NCBI GenBank assembly: GCA_965112735.1
Contig: OZ218951.1
Span: forward strand, 5,146,001-5,210,000
Direction of reading: 5' to 3'
DNA length: 64,000 nucleotides
Origin: Phaeosaccion multiseriatum
Taxonomy: Eukaryota > Protista > Ochrophyta, other classes
Part shown: positions 25,903 through 37,512 of the stretch, one piece after another
Layout: every line of letters begins with the position of its first letter
How positions within the stretch are numbered: the first letter of the stretch is position 1
The notes under the pieces: generated by a model
What the model saw: the letters and a program-made list of their open reading frames with translations, nothing else
What the model was told of the DNA's origin: nothing
Database searches by the model: none
Program-made: the position numbers and the translations under genes

Positions 25903-27237
25903 TGAGAGACAGGAGAGAGAGGGAGAGACAGAGACAGAGAGAGAGGCAGAGACGGGCACAGAGACCATCAAGGGTCAGAGAGAGGCTCAGAGAGCGACAA
26001 AAAAAGACCGACATGGAACGTAGGTAGGAGGGGGGTTGGGAAAGCTCCATTTCCAAGCCTTTAAAAAGGTGACTCCTCCCCTCCCCCCGCCCCTCCTCTA
26101 CTCCCACGTCCCCACCCCACCCGTCCTTTCCCTTCCCTCCCGTCCCTACCTGAGCTATTTGCACGGCCTGAGCAAAGTTGGAGGCGCCGTGAATGGGCAA
26201 GTTGTGCAGAGAGGACAAAATCTTCCCCATGTCGTCAGTAGGGGACACGAGGAGCTCGGGACACTTGCCGGCCATCGTCAGCACACCTACTGTGTTCTCG
26301 GGGTTGGACTGGGATTGGGTTGGAATGGGTTGCATTGGATGGCAGTGAATGGGGAGGGGGAGGGGGGAGGGAGGGAAGGAGGGAGGGAAGGGGGGGTGAG
26401 AGGGAGGCAGTGAGTAAGTGAGAGGGGCCGACAGGCAGGTAGGTAACGAAGTACGGGGTAGAGAGAGAGCGCCAGCCCATCTTCCACACATGATGCCCTG
26501 CCCTTGCCCCGTGTGCCTGTCTGCCCGTACATTCGTCTTTGTCCCGCAGAGGAGGTTGGCGGCGTCGTGTTGGGCCTCCATGCGTGTGGGCACGTAGTCG
26601 CCATTGCGCATCCACTCCGAGTTGTCCAGGCTGAGGGGAAAGGGGTGGCAGCAGATAGGTGGGGGAAGGAAGGGGGTTACTATGGAGTGTGGTGAACCTA
26701 GTCGAGTCTGCCTCCCAGTCTGTGGCAGTATGACTGCAAAACGAGAAACCAAGGAAGGCTTGAAAGTGTCTCCCGACCGTCAACGATGAACAACGACGTG
26801 CTCTCCCGTTAGTGAGTCGCCTTGCGCTTCCCCCTTCTTCTCTGGTCTCCTTCCCTTCTCTTCCTCCTTCCCTTCCCCACTGTCACACTCTCCCCCGCGG
26901 CACTTGTGAAGTGCGTTGTGTGAGGTGTAGAGATGCTGCGCAGTCCCTCTCTTCCTTCCCATGGGCCCCCTTCCCCACGCTTCCCACATCGACACAACCC
27001 ACCACTTTGCAAGCTCTTCTTCCTAGTTCATGCCCTTTGCTAAGCCCAGCCCGTCAGAGGCCCCTCCGAGGAGGCAGCGGTCAAGAGCACTCGCAGAGAA
27101 CACTGCAGAAGCTCCAGCGGGAGGAACACCGCGCCACTTTGCCGCGAGGCAAGAGCCGAAGGTCCCCCCGCTTCCAAGCCACCAGCCGCAGAGCTCCCTA
27201 TTGATGCCACTCACCATATCATCGTAGACTCCGGCAT
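22251..27237 (-). CDS. RPN10: 26S proteasome ubiquitin receptor RPN10/PSMD4 (vWA + UIMs)
   Basis: MPESTMIC|LDNSEWMRNGDYVPTRMEAQ, NPENTVGVLTMAG, ALKHRRNK...RIIIFVAS, LKKNNVAIDVISMGE, HLVTIPSG, DPNMDPELAMALRVSMEEERARQ, LLQQALAMS, EEYEAMKLALQMSM, FVQNLLGQIPGVDQNDPRIK|AAMAQ...*. Confidence 0.95.
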
Positions 27238-27457
27238 GGTCGCTGCTGTGTCCGAGGCCTCGCCGCGAGCCGGCTTCCCTCCCCCTCGCTTCTCTCGCCT
27301 TCCTTCCCTCGCCCTGTTTGCTGCTGCTGCAAACGCCCGAAGCTTCTCCTTCGCGCACGCCCTTCTGCACCTCCTCCCACTTTTCGGCTGCCCTCACCCT
27401 CCTCTCCTTCTCTCCTCTTTAACACACTCAACAAAGCTGTTGAGGAGGGCGTTAAAT

Positions 27458-27485
27458 ACGTAAGGATTACGTAACGATAACGTAA
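27458..27485. promoter_or_regulatory. Three ACGTAA motifs at exact 11-bp spacing in the RPN10/RPL14 divergent promoter
   Basis: ACGTAA at 27458, 27469 and 27480; the middle copy is the palindrome TTACGTAA. Confidence 0.5.
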
Positions 27486-27571
27486 GGCCACAGATGGCAC
27501 TCAAAGGCGACTCCAGGGGGGCGCTGAAGCTGATTGGCCTAGCACTTGAGAGAGAGAGAGAGCGTGGAAGG

Positions 27572-29925
27572 ATGGTGAGAGCCAGCGGGAGAGGCCTCGA
27601 GGGAGAGGCTGGGTAGTTGGGGGGTGTGGGGGAGGGAGAGGGCCGTGCGTTTATGGCATTGCACCAGCGGTAGGGGCTGCTGCTGCTGTTTTGTTTTGAT
27701 GGCCGATGGAGCAAGAGGGAGAGGGGGTGGGGAGGAGAAGGGGAGGAGCAAGGGTAGAGTAGAGGCCGCGCAGGAGCAGCCTCAGGATGGTGAGGGGAAG
27801 GGGAAAGAGAAGACGGTGGATCTGCGGAGCCCGAGCAGAGGGCACACACGTCTCCCCCAACCATCCTCAGCTGGAAAATGGCATTGGGAGGCACGTTGCT
27901 GCTGCTGCTGCTGCTGCTGGTGGTGATGGCAGCTCGTGGTGCACAAGTCTGATTCCTTCGGGTACCTTAGCTTGGGTTATGTGCAGTCCCGTAGCCCTGA
28001 ATCACCGCACGAGCACCATTAGTTGCGCCTCCTAACCCCTTCCTCTATCCGCCCCCCTCTCTGATGTCTCTGCACCCATCTTGACAGGCTTTCCGGCGCT
28101 TCGTAGAGATTGGCCGTGTGTGCCTAGTGAACTACGGGGAGGATACCGGCAAGCTGGTCATCGTCCAGGATGTTGTAGATACCAACAAGGTGGGTTATAC
28201 ATGAAAGACAAGAGGGCGAGGGGCGGGATGGAGACGGCTACCTCCCTCACCCACAGCGGCTCTTGATCTATTCATGGCGTGCGTGAGATGATGGAACGAA
28301 CGAGAAGAAGACTGGGAATGTGTGAAAGAGCCCGGGATTGAAGCTAGAGGGAGAGAGAGAAGGCGACTTTGAGCCATCGGAGGAGCGCAGAAGCGAGAGG
28401 GAGAGATCCTCAGGGCAGTGCAGGGGAAAGGGTGTCTTTGTCCTTGCGTTGGCTTGGCTGCGGGGGTGTAGCGGGGTAGTGCCGAGAACGGTACGAGCGC
28501 CAGGGGGGCTGCGACAAAGGAGGAGGCCCCATGACCGTCACTGTGGCGACACTTTGCGTGAATGAAGGCATACAATGATGGCGACTATGTCCGTCCCTTT
28601 ACTGGTGAAGGGGGCGGAGGACATCGATGGAGGTGGTGGGAGGGCGAGGGAGGGAGGGAGGAAGGAGCGGAGGGGGCTTCTCTGTCCTTGACAGAGATCT
28701 CAAGCTGAACCGATCTGCGGCTCGCCTTCTTCAGCAAGTGCAACGCGGTCACAGTGTTGGGCCTCTTAGTCCTGTCCTTCCCGAGTGAGATGGGCCTGCC
28801 GGCCCAAGCAGCACAAGGGCGGCGTGCGCCTGGCCACTCAATCACATGTCGTCTCGGGTATACCCAGGCCGGGAGAGAGACACAGAGAGAGAGAGAGAGA
28901 GAGAGAGCAGGGGGGGAGGGGAGGGGGGGGGGCTTGATCCCCTGGGGACTGATATTGTCCTTGCGACGTGTTGGATTGGAATTGAAGGGAGGAGGCCGGA
29001 TGGCCGCATGGGGCTCTTGAGGGGCTGAGAAACGGCGAAGGGGGATGGTTCGTGGTGGGGCTGTGAATCACCAACACGCATCAGTAGCACAGTAGCACTG
29101 TTAAGGGAGGAGATGGGCTCCAGGGGGAATGAGTGGAGCGTTTGCGTTTGGAGGCGGATGGATGGGGACGACCAGACGAAGCGGTGGAGCCTGTATCTAG
29201 CACCTGTGGATGCTTCTCGTCTGACCCTCCCACCCCCACCCCTCTCCCCTCCCTCCCCTGCCTTGGCTATCCATCTCTCTTACCGTCTCTCCCTCCTCAT
29301 CTACTGCCATCCCCCCCCCCCCCCCTTCTCAGGCGTACTGCGTGGACTTCACAGGCACACAGCGCAAGGTCATTACCCTGAAGCGCCTGTCCCTCACTGA
29401 CTTCACCGTGCCCATTCTGCGTAACACTCGCACCAAGGGTGTTGTGGCGGCTGTCGCGGTGAGAGACGAGGGAGTTTTAGTTTTAGTGTGTTTCTATTTC
29501 TATTTCCATGTACTTTTTCTGTACCGTCTTTTCTATCGTGTCTGTGCCACCGTGAGTGGCTTTCTTTCCCTCGTCTGCTCCAAGTCCCAAAGCCACCCCC
29601 CCTTTCCATCCTCTATGTCTGCATCATGTCTACATGCCTGGTCTATCATCTAATGCCCATTTTGTTTTTCTCCACCCCCCCCCCCCCGCCTCCTTCTCTG
29701 CCCTCTCTCCTCCCTCCCACCTCCCCCCCCCCCCTCCACAACTCCATCACTCTCAAGGCGTCGGGTGTGGAGGAGAAGTGGGCGGCCACCGCCTGGGCGA
29801 AGCGTCTGGCAAGCAAGAAGAAGCGAGCAGCCAACACTGACTTTGATCGATTCCGCCTCATGATCGCTCGCAAGCAGAAGAGCCGCATCGTCAGCAAGAA
29901 GATGGAGACCCTCGTCAAGGCATAG
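27572..29925 (+). CDS. RPL14: 60S ribosomal protein eL14
   Basis: Exons 28088-28189 ([34 protein letters not shown]), 29333-29458 and 29758-29925 ([11 protein letters not shown]...TDFDRFRLM). The first exon is a lone ATG|gt at 27572 or 27787 (ambiguous). Confidence 0.93.
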
Positions 29926-30229
29926 GCAGTTACAGAACATGTGATGTCTGCTCCACAATCTCTAAAACAATGCAAGTAACTCTCACATGAGGAAGGAAGG
30001 AAATTAGTTATCCAACAGTTACAGAAATTTCAGCTGTCTACCCCCCTCTCTCCCTTCTGTCCTCTCCTATCCCTCTCCTTTCAGAAGGGAGTGGCATATC
30101 GAGGGTTCTTTCAGCAGCAGCAGTAGTAGCAACACGAGGAGAAGGTGTCCAAACGGGAAGCCGCAACAGCAGCTCGCGGAGGAAGAGCACGCTGACGAAA
30201 GGGACGCCCCGTCGTAGGCGTGGTCAATC

Positions 30230-31489
30230 ATGCCTGGCGATAACCCTTTGTGGACGTTCCCAGGATCGAAGAGGTTTCGAAAAAAGGTAGGGGGAGAAGG
30301 AGGAGCCTGCAGTACCTCACTACCACCACCAGCACCACCAGCAGCAGCAGCAGCAGCAGCGGCGGCGGCGGCAGCAGAAGCAGCAAGCAGCAGTTGGAAG
30401 CACGTTCTCTTTTGTCTCAAGCAAACTCACTCGCCACCTTCGTCACCTGACATATGGTGCAGAGGGCTTCTCCCTCGAAGCTCATGTCCCTTCCTCTCCT
30501 CCTCCTCCAGCTGCTGCTTCTGCTGCCACCACCATCATTTCGTTCCTCTGATAATTTCCTTCCTCTGTCTTCTCTCCCCGCGAGGATGTATCAGCTCCCA
30601 ACACCCGCCTCTCCCCGCGGATCCCTACCAACCTACCCTACAGAGGCACAAACCTCGTTCCATGTGGACAAGCAATCTTTTCCCACCCTCCCTCGGCCCT
30701 GTCCTTCTTTGACTGAGTCCCTTTATATCCGCCTGCTCTCCCTTTCTCTGACCTATCTCTATCTGTACACGAGCAGAAAGCATCCGGTCCCGGACCGGGG
30801 TCCTACCGCATCACCACCACCCTCAAACAGGCTCCCCAGGGAGGGGGCTTCGGCGGAGGGCTGAGCTACGCAGAGAGGAGAGAGAGGGATCATGAGAGGT
30901 GGGGTGTGTGTGTGTGTGCCTGTGCGAAGAGTGGGGTGGGGCGGGAGGGAGGGAGGGAGGGAGGAGAAGGATCGGAGGACGTCGTGCATCGAGGTGCACA
31001 ATCGAACACTACTCGGGAAGCAGAGTGGGGAAGGGAGGTCCTGCCGTGCTGAAGGAGCAACACGGACCGGAGGGGACGTACAATGGGGAGGAGAGGGGGG
31101 GGAGACAGAGAAGAGCGGACTAGAGGAGGAGGTTATGCTCTTCAGTACTCCCTTACCCTCCCCTCTCCCGTCCTGTCGCAGTTGTGTCCTCACGCTCACC
31201 CTCACCCTCGTCCTCCGCGCCCCCTACCCTCCCCCTCCCCCCCCCCCTCTCCTTGGTCGACACAAATGGCCCAAAAGGAGCCTGAAGCACCAAGATGAAG
31301 CAGGGCCGGGGCCGGGAGCTTACACCGTGAAGTAAGACGCACGCATACCTTGGCCACTCTGTTAAACATGTGTACTTCTATGTATTCAACTATGAACGGC
31401 TCCTCCCTCTCTCTCCCCTCCCCTCTCTCTTCACTCTTTTTATTCTCTTCTCTCTTTCCACTCTCTCTCGCCCTACCCCCCTTCCTCCA

Positions 31490-31533
<44 letters not shown>

Positions 31534-32003
31534 TCGGTTGAGACCTCAAGAGCGTATTCGGCGTGGAGGGGGTGCGGTGCCCACACCCCCCCAGCTGCTC
31601 AATAGCGTCGTCACTAGTTACTATCGACTGACTACTACCTTGTTCCCTCCTCCTCCTCCTCCTCCTCCTCCTCCTCCTCCTCCTCCTCCTCCTCCTCCTC
31701 CTCCTCCTCCTCCTCCTCCTCCTCCTCCTCCTCCTCCTCCTCCTCCTCCTCCTCCTCCTCCTCCTCCTCCTCCTCCTCCTCCGCCTCCTCCCCCTCCTCC
31801 TCCTCCTCCTCCTCCTCCTCCTCCTCCTCCTCCTCCTCCTCTTCCTCCTCCACTCACAGCGGCCGACGAGACCGGCCGATATCCTTCGGTACAAAACCCC
31901 CCGCCAAGGAAAAGGACAGGTACGATGTCCAATGGATTGATGAATTCTCGCCAGTTTGAGTGCTTCTTGCATGTTAAGTCAAGGATGAGGCAATTCGAAT
32001 GTG

Positions 32004-32042
<39 letters not shown>

Positions 32043-32644
32043 ACAGCGAGCGAGGGACACTTCTTGAATGATGCCTCTCTACCTCTCTTGGGCTGGCTCA
32101 GTGCTGCTCACTCACTGTACGCCTTTTACGGGGAGCAACGTTGCTGCCTTACATCCACCTTGCTCTTGGGGCTGACTCCTGTCATTCCTTACTGTGCTTC
32201 CCTCTCTTTTACTGACTTACACATGTACGTCGTGGATATACCTACCCCTTCTCTTTTGCTGGCTTACTCTGCGGTGCGTGGTGGACTCGCCCCCTTCTCT
32301 TTCTTCCCCTCTACCACCCTTCTGCTGCCATCCATTCAATGGATTGCACAGCACACCGGGCCCTGGGGCTTACACCATCAACCGGCCGCCCTGCGGACGA
32401 CAGAAAGGCTACAGTCTCTATGGCCGAGACTTCCTCCCCGAGAGTAACTCCTCCTCCCCCGGACCTGCCCACTACATGCCCACCGGGGGCAAGAAGGGGG
32501 GCATCTCCTTCGGACAGAGGTTGGAGGATAAGCGTTTCTCTGCAGCGGGGGAGCTCATCACGCCAGGTAGGTAGGAGGGTGGGTAGTAAGTCAAGGGGAG
32601 GAGGGCGGGTGGAGAGATAGAGTGAGACAGCGAGCGAGAATGAA

Positions 32645-32700
<56 letters not shown>

Positions 32701-33280
32701 CATGGAGAGGCAGCGAAGGTGCATTGGAAAGGGGCGGGTAGGTCGACGCTTGGCATAATCTTTTGTCATGTGTTTTGCATTCCCTCCAACCCCCCGCCCC
32801 ACACACCTCCCCCCCGCATCTCCTCAGCTCCCTCACCTCTCCTTGCCTCCTTGCCTCCTTTCTCTCTCCCCCCCCCCCCCCCCCTCTCTCTCTCCCTGTC
32901 TCTCTCTCCCTCTCTCTCTCTCTCTCTCCCTCTCTCTCTCTACCCCTCTCTGACACTCTCTCTTGCCCCATGTGCCTCCAACTGGCCCTCTATCTACGCC
33001 TGCGCAGGACCTGGGGCGTACTCAGACACGCGCACTCGGGGCGGTGGATACTCCATGGTCGGAAGGTGCGCTTGCAAGCCTCCCGGAGAGAGAGAGAGAG
33101 AGTGGGGGGATGTACACTCTCATACCCCTTTTGCTTGCGTGACTCTGGTGGCCCGTGGGGACCTCTCTCTGAGTCTACCTGCCCTCGCACTATTCTCTTG
33201 TTTCTTTCCCTTACCCCCCCCCTCTCCTCCTCCTCCTCCTCCTCCTCCTCCTCCTCCTCCTCCTCCTCCTCCTCCTCCTC

Positions 33281-33311
<31 letters not shown>

Positions 33312-36300
33312 TCCTTCTCAACACAGGAACTTCCGCCCCGACCTTGCCCAGGACGTACCCGGTCCCGGCGCTTACGTCACCAACGCCCCTCAATCCGCCC
33401 CGGGGGGGTGCGTGATGAAGTCCGACGGCAAGTCCACACGCTTCAAGAATCACGTCAGAGACGGGCCTGGGCCGGGTGAGTACCATGTCAGTGATGTATA
33501 CATATTATACATATATTATATTATATGTATATATGTATCCAATGTTTAGTCCAGTGCAACACTTTTTTATTGCTGTCACCACGCTGTTCCTTTCATTCGA
33601 AGCGTCCTGCCCACTCACCCGCCCACTCACCCACCCACTCACTCACCCACTCACCCGCTTTTGCACGCACCCCACTGCCTGCCTCTCTGGACCCTCTTAC
33701 ACCCCCCCCCCCACGCACACACACACACACAACACCGACACATGTACAACCAACTTGTCTGCCTCTCACCCCCCTCCGCAGGCGCGTATTCCCTCCCCGG
33801 CACCCTCCGGCAAGGCGGTTCCGGGTATATGGGCACAAAGCCCAATGAGGAGGACTTTGAGAAAGATGAAACGCCAGGCCCAGGCCAGTACTGTGCGTCC
33901 ATGGAGGGAGGCAAGAAGGGGAAGGTACGGAGGATTTCAGCTCGCCATGGGAGGGGAGGGGAGGGGAGGGGAGGGGAGGGGAGGGGAGGGGAGGGGAGGG
34001 GAGGGGAGGGGAGGGGAGGGGAGGGGAGGAGGTAGGAGGGGAGGGGAGGAGGTAGGAGGTAGGAGGGGAGGGGAGGGGTGCGAGGGGGAGGGTAGGGGAG
34101 GAGAGAGAGGAACACCAATGAGCCCTAAGGGCAATGGTTGGACCACAGAATCGATCCATCCATCAATCTTTCGATCTATCGATCCATCTTCCTTTTGCTG
34201 TCGATCTTACGATGGACCCATCTGTCTACCCGTCTACCCATCCATCAATGCACGTAACCATCTATCCATCCATCCATCCATCATCAGGGCACGTTCGGTA
34301 GTGATGAGCGCTTCAAGCGCGGACACAAGCTCAACAGCAGGTATGCGTGTGTGTGTATGTGTGTGTGTGTGTGTGCGTGCGTGCATGTGTATTCGCGTGT
34401 ATGTGTGCGTGTACATGTGGGTGGGTGCGTGTGTGTTATGTGTATGTATGGGTGGGTGGGCCCCTACCACATGTGCTTCCCCTCCCCTCTCCCTCCTCTC
34501 TCCCTCTCCATGATGAGCAACTGAATCTGAATGAATACACAGTCGACCGACCTTGACCGACCTTCTTTGGCGTACTTGCTGTGCTCTGCTCTCTGTATCA
34601 CCAACTGCTGCGGCGTCTGCCCTTCCCTCGTCTTTTCTTGTCCTCCTCACATCTCCTGTTGCAGGACGCCCGGTCCCGGTCAGCACGATGTTGCTAAGGT
34701 GAGCAATTGGTGATACAGCGGCAAAGAACGAATGGCAATGGATGGTACTTGATGGCAGTGGATGGCAGTGGATGGCAGTGGCACTGGCAAGGGAGAGGTC
34801 TGTAGGGATTGTTCGTGTTCACCCCACCCCCAAGCAATACCGAAAGGGAGGGCTCTCGCGACGGACCGTTCCGCGGCCGTTCCATCTAGCGATGGTATCT
34901 ACTGATAGCCGAAGTTTCAGTTCAGACCGCCCCCCACCCCTCCTCGTCCATCTTCGCCCGCATTACTTGCTCGCCGGTCTTCCCATCTCCAACTCAACCT
35001 TCCTCTCTCTCGCCTCTCTCCTCTTTTCCTCTCCCTCTCTCTCTCCTTCTCTTCTCCCCCTCACCCTCCCTCCTCCTCCTCCTCCTCCTCCTCCTCCTCC
35101 TCCTCCTCCTCCTCCTCCTCCTCCTCCTCCTCCTCCTCCTCCTCCTCCTCCTCCTCCTCCTCCTCCTCCTCCTCCTCCTCCTCCTCCTCCTCCTCCTCCT
35201 CCTCCTCCTCCTCCTCCTCCTCCTCCTCCTCCTCCTCCTCCTCCTCCTCCTCCTCCTCCTCCTCCTCCTCCTCCTCCTCCTCCTCCTCCTCCTCCTCCTC
35301 CTCCTCCTCCTCCTCCTCCTCCTCCTCCTCCTCCTCCTCCTCCTCCTCCTCCTCCTCCTCCTCCTCCTCCTCCTCCTCCTCCTCCTCCTCCTCCTCCTCC
35401 TCCTCCTCCTCCTCCTCCTCCTCCTCCTCCTCCTCCTCCTCCTCCTCCTCCTCCTCCTCCTCCTCCTCCTCCTCCTCCTCCTCCTCCTCCTCCTCCTCCT
35501 CCTCCTCCTCCTCCTCCTCCTCCTCCTCCTCCTCCTCCTCCTCCTCCTCCTCCTCCTCCTCCTCCTCCTCCTCCTCCTCCTCCTCCTCCTCCTCCTCCTC
35601 CTCCTCCTCCTCCTCCTCCTCCTCCTCCTCCTCCTCCTCCTCCTCCTCCTCCTCCTCCTCCTCCTCCTCCTCCTCCTCCTCCTCCTCCTCCTCCTCCTCC
35701 TCCTCCTCCTCCTCCTCCTCCTCCTCCTCCTCCTCCTCCTCCTCCTCCTCCTCCTCCTCCTCCTCCTTCTCCTCCTCCCCCTCTCCAGTCCTACAAATAC
35801 GCTGAGCCAGCAAGGGGTGTGTCCATGAAGGGCCGAGACTCCCTCGCTCGAGAACACGACAAGGGCACCATCGGCCCAGGCCCAGGCACTTACATGCAGA
35901 CCGACTTCCACCCCGGCAGGGGTAAGGGTGAGTGCAAGTGCAAATTAAAGCTCAAGTTCAAGTTCCAGACCTTTCGTAGTCTGCTCCCCCACATACCTTG
36001 CTTTGTTTTGCCTTTGCTTTTGTCTGTTCCGCTCTTTCCTGACTTATTGCCCTCCTCTCCTCTCCTCTCCTCTCCTACCTCCTACCTACTCGCTCGTTGC
36101 TCTACTCCCTACCTCTCCTCCTTCCCTCCTGTCTCAGGCACTTCCTTCCCGCATTCTAAGCGAATGCCAGACCGAAACGGTACGGAAATAGCCATCGATG
36201 ACCACATCATGCCGCTCGAGCTTCCTTCCCTTCTTTTCCCTTCCCATCCCCCGTCTGTCCTTCTCATAGCCGAGATTCGTAGCGCTTCCAGACTCATCCC

Positions 36301-36981
36301 TCTCTCTGGGTCGATCAACACACACAAACACACTCTCTCTGCCTCCCTCCCGCACTCCCTCAGTCCCTCAATCCCCCCCTCCCTTCCTTCCTTCCTTCTT
36401 TCCTTCCATCCATCCTTCCTTCCCTCCTTCTGCCCCTCAATTCCCTTCTTCCCCCTAACCCCCGCCCCTGCGTTCCTTCCTTCCTTCCTTCCTTCCTTCC
36501 TTCCTTCCTTCCTTCCTTCCTTCCTTCCTTCCTTCCTTCCTTCCTTCCTTCCTTCCTTCCCTTCTTCCCTCCCTCCCTCCCTCCCTCCCTCCCTCCCTCC
36601 CTCCCTCCCTCCCTCCCTCCCTCCCTCCCTCCCTCCCTCCCTCCCTCCCTCCCTCCCTCCCTCCCTCCCTCCCTCCCTTCCTTCCTTCCCTCCCTCCCTC
36701 CCTCCGTCCCTCCCTCCCTCCCTCTTTCCCTCCCTCCCTTCGCTCCCTCCCTCCCTCCAGACAAAGGCTTCATCCCCGGCCCCGGCGAGTACAATGTCAG
36801 CCCCGTCCGAGAGAGAGGTCACGGGGCCTCCCTCAAGGGCAAGTGGACCACCTCTGTCATGCCCCTCCCCAGCACCGACTCCATGTACTACCCCAAGAGA
36901 GGCTACAATGGCGATGCTGTGGTGCATGGCTGGGGACACTTCGGCATGCCAGATGGGCCGGAGCTGTGGAGAGGGGCGTGA
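30230..36981 (+). CDS. ODF3/SHIPPO1/STPG-like PGPGxY-repeat ciliary microtubule-associated protein (about 13 small exons)
   Basis: Spliced product contains about 11 PGPG-x-Y/H repeats (GPGPGSY, GPGPGAY, TPGPGAY, SPGPAHY, VPGPGAY, TPGPGQY, GPGPGTY, IPGPGEY...) alternating with SFG/FGS.ERF motifs. Probable first exon MPGDNPLWTFPGSKRFRKK; stop TGA 36979-36981. Confidence 0.85.
31645..31851. repeat. (CCT)n intronic microsatellite, about 200 bp
   Basis: Directly visible just before an acceptor. Confidence 0.95.
35069..35766. repeat. (CCT)n intronic microsatellite, about 700 bp (about 230 units)
   Basis: Uninterrupted array ending about 20 bp before an acceptor near 35788. Confidence 0.95.
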
Positions 36982-37420
36982 GGAGGAGGAGGAGGAGGAG
37001 GAGGAGGAGGAGGAGGAGGAGGAATTTGTGGAGGGGGGTGGCAGTGGATGGAGGTGGGGGTGGTGGTGGATGGATGGTAGAGGATGGATGGTAGTGGGTG
37101 ATGGGGGGGGGGGGTTACTATATATAGATGAAGGACTCAAAATGGCGAATATGCAATACATACGTTCGATGCGATTCTCTGACAGTCAGTGGGCGCGCCA
37201 GCATCGGATGGATAGGATAATGAGGACTCGGAGTTCCTCCACGAGGATTAAGTAAGGGGCACAATGCATAATATTATCCTGTACGTAGTGCTGTGCTGGG
37301 CAGACCAAGCTGTAGTGGGTTTGGTTGGGGCCCGGGTACCCAATCAGCTCCTCTGCCTCAGTCAACCATTTGGCAGTCCGCTCTCTCTCTCCCTCTCTCC
37401 TTGAGGGCTCTGTCTATAGG

Positions 37421-37495
<75 letters not shown>

Positions 37496-37512
37496 AATGT
37501 CATCTCATCTGA

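Noticed and set aside
28190-29332. snoRNA in the long RPL14 intron (hairpins near 28587-28624 and 28773-28847)
   Set aside because: No clean C/D box pair or convincing H/ACA two-hairpin architecture by eye; would need an Infernal/snoscan search.
30067-30420. 117-aa minus-strand ORF
   Set aside because: Antisense to the probable first exon and intron of the PGPGxY gene; low complexity.
34742-37255. 837-aa poly-Pro ORF and the antisense poly-Arg/poly-Glu ORFs
   Set aside because: Read-through of intronic (CCT)n and (CCTT)n/(CCCT)n microsatellites; the real exons are short PGPGxY blocks.
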